Shown here piece after piece: positions 34,861 to 36,119 of a DNA stretch of 36,119 nt. Under the pieces are notes generated by a model, which was not told the DNA's origin, ran no database searches, and worked only from the letters and a program-made list of their open reading frames with translations. The position numbers and the translations under genes are program-made. Source of the stretch: Chiloscyllium plagiosum (Eukaryota); NCBI RefSeq assembly GCF_004010195.1, contig NC_057718.1, forward strand, positions 82,114,711 to 82,150,829, read 5' to 3'. Positions within the stretch are counted from its first letter, which is position 1; every line of letters begins with the position of its first letter.

Positions 34861-36119
34861 GGTGATTTCCTCGAATTCCAGGAGCAGCAATTACTGTTTT
34901 ATGTGCAGTTGCATTGTTTTGGAATTTTGGAAAAAAAATGTCAAAACAACAGCAGTTTTAAAAGAGAGAACAAAGGAAGCACATAGTGAGATCATTGCAG
35001 GAGAGAGAGAGAGAGAGAGAGAAAGAACCTGCACAGTTACTGCCTTTGCTGTTTGAATTCACGTGTCGCTGGACATCGGAGTGGGTCTGGAAAAATTAAC
35101 AAACAGTGAATTTCACAACTAATCTTGGAGGAACCAGTTTGGGCGAAGTTCACAACACAGAATCAGATAAGTTAATCATTGTTTTAAGTCTGTCCAATAG
35201 AAAGGCTGCAGTAGTGAGTGGAGTGGGTTCTTTCTTTATTATATGTTTTTGGAGATAAGTCTCTTGATTAAACTTAAAATATAAGCCACACTATTAATTC
35301 AACCTGGGGCAGTGTTTTGCAGAGGATTAAGATGGTGTTATTTTGGGGGTCTGTAGATTGTGAAGGAGCAAAAATGGCCTTTAATAGAGTGATATGTACT
35401 TCTTGTCAGATGTGGGAGTTTAAAGAGAGTTACTGTGGATTATATCTGCCATAAGTGCCGTTGGATGCGAATCTTATCAGATCGATGGATCGATTGGAGA
35501 AACAATGAGGAATTTTTAACAACAACAGTATTTGATAGATGGCAGTTATATGAAAAGGCAGGGGTAGGGGGGGGGAAAAGAGTCTCAGATAGCCTTCCTG
35601 GAGTTAACCCATCTATGTGAGATGTGAGTGTAAGAGAGATAGGCACCTAGGGCAGGGGTCTTTTGTGGATATACCTATTTAAAACAGGTATGCTGTTTTG
35701 GAAAATGTAGAGGGTGATGGATTCTCAGGGGAATGTAGCACGAACAGCCAAGTTTCTGGTATTGAGACTGGTTCTAATGCAACGAGAGGTACGTCAGGTT
35801 CCAAGAGATCAACTGTGTTAAGAGATTCTGTAGTCCAAGGTACAGACAGACTTTTCTGTGGCCAGCAGCGAAAAAGCAGAACGGTGTGTTGCTTCCCTGG
35901 TGCCAGAATCAAGGATGTCTCAGAGAGGGTGCAGAATGTTCTCACGGGGGAGAGGGGCCAGCAAGAGGTCATTGTCCACATTGGAACCAATGAAATTGGA
36001 AGGGAAAAGGTTGAGATTCTGAAGGGAGATTACAGAGAGTTAGGCAGAAATTTAAAAAGGAGGTCCTCAAGGGTAGTAATATCTGGATTACTCCCGGTGC
36101 TATGAGCTAGTGAGGGCAG
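34861..36119 (+). mobile_element. 5' part of a CR1 LINE: putative 5' UTR and decayed ORF1 (zinc finger plus SGNH esterase)
   Basis: MAFNRVICTSCQMWE..YICHKC from 35373. ORF 35698..36105 has DSVV.GTDRLFC, CCFPGARIKDV, VHIGTN, VVISGLLPV. The 5' boundary is uncertain. Confidence 0.85.

Noticed and set aside
32457..36119. Further upstream KAT14 exons or promoter
   Set aside because: No splice-bounded segment matching the expected preceding peptide was found; the next exon probably lies beyond the window.

Overview
Vertebrate genomic DNA, almost certainly a cartilaginous fish. The repeat content (HE1-type SINEs, a SacSINE1/Deu SINE, many CR1/HER1-type LINEs) points to a shark. The window holds the 3' ends of two convergent spliced genes: the last five coding exons of DZANK1 (+, ankyrin-repeat C-terminus, stop at 21500) and the last five coding exons of KAT14/CSRP2BP (-, GNAT acetyltransferase, stop at 23279). 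Introns are packed with nested decayed retroelements (CR1, L2, Rex1/Babar, Penelope-like) and DNA-transposon MITEs (hAT, Tc1/mariner-pogo). The most notable signal is a set of Penelope-like terminal repeats carrying minimal type I hammerhead ribozyme motifs from three apparent families. These include two ~200-bp fold-back mini-elements with 14-15 bp target-site duplications whose inversion point lies in the hammerhead, and an 85-bp hammerhead-first insertion. Gene and repeat family names come from recalled sequence similarity, not database searches; repeat boundaries are approximate unless a TSD or TIR is quoted.
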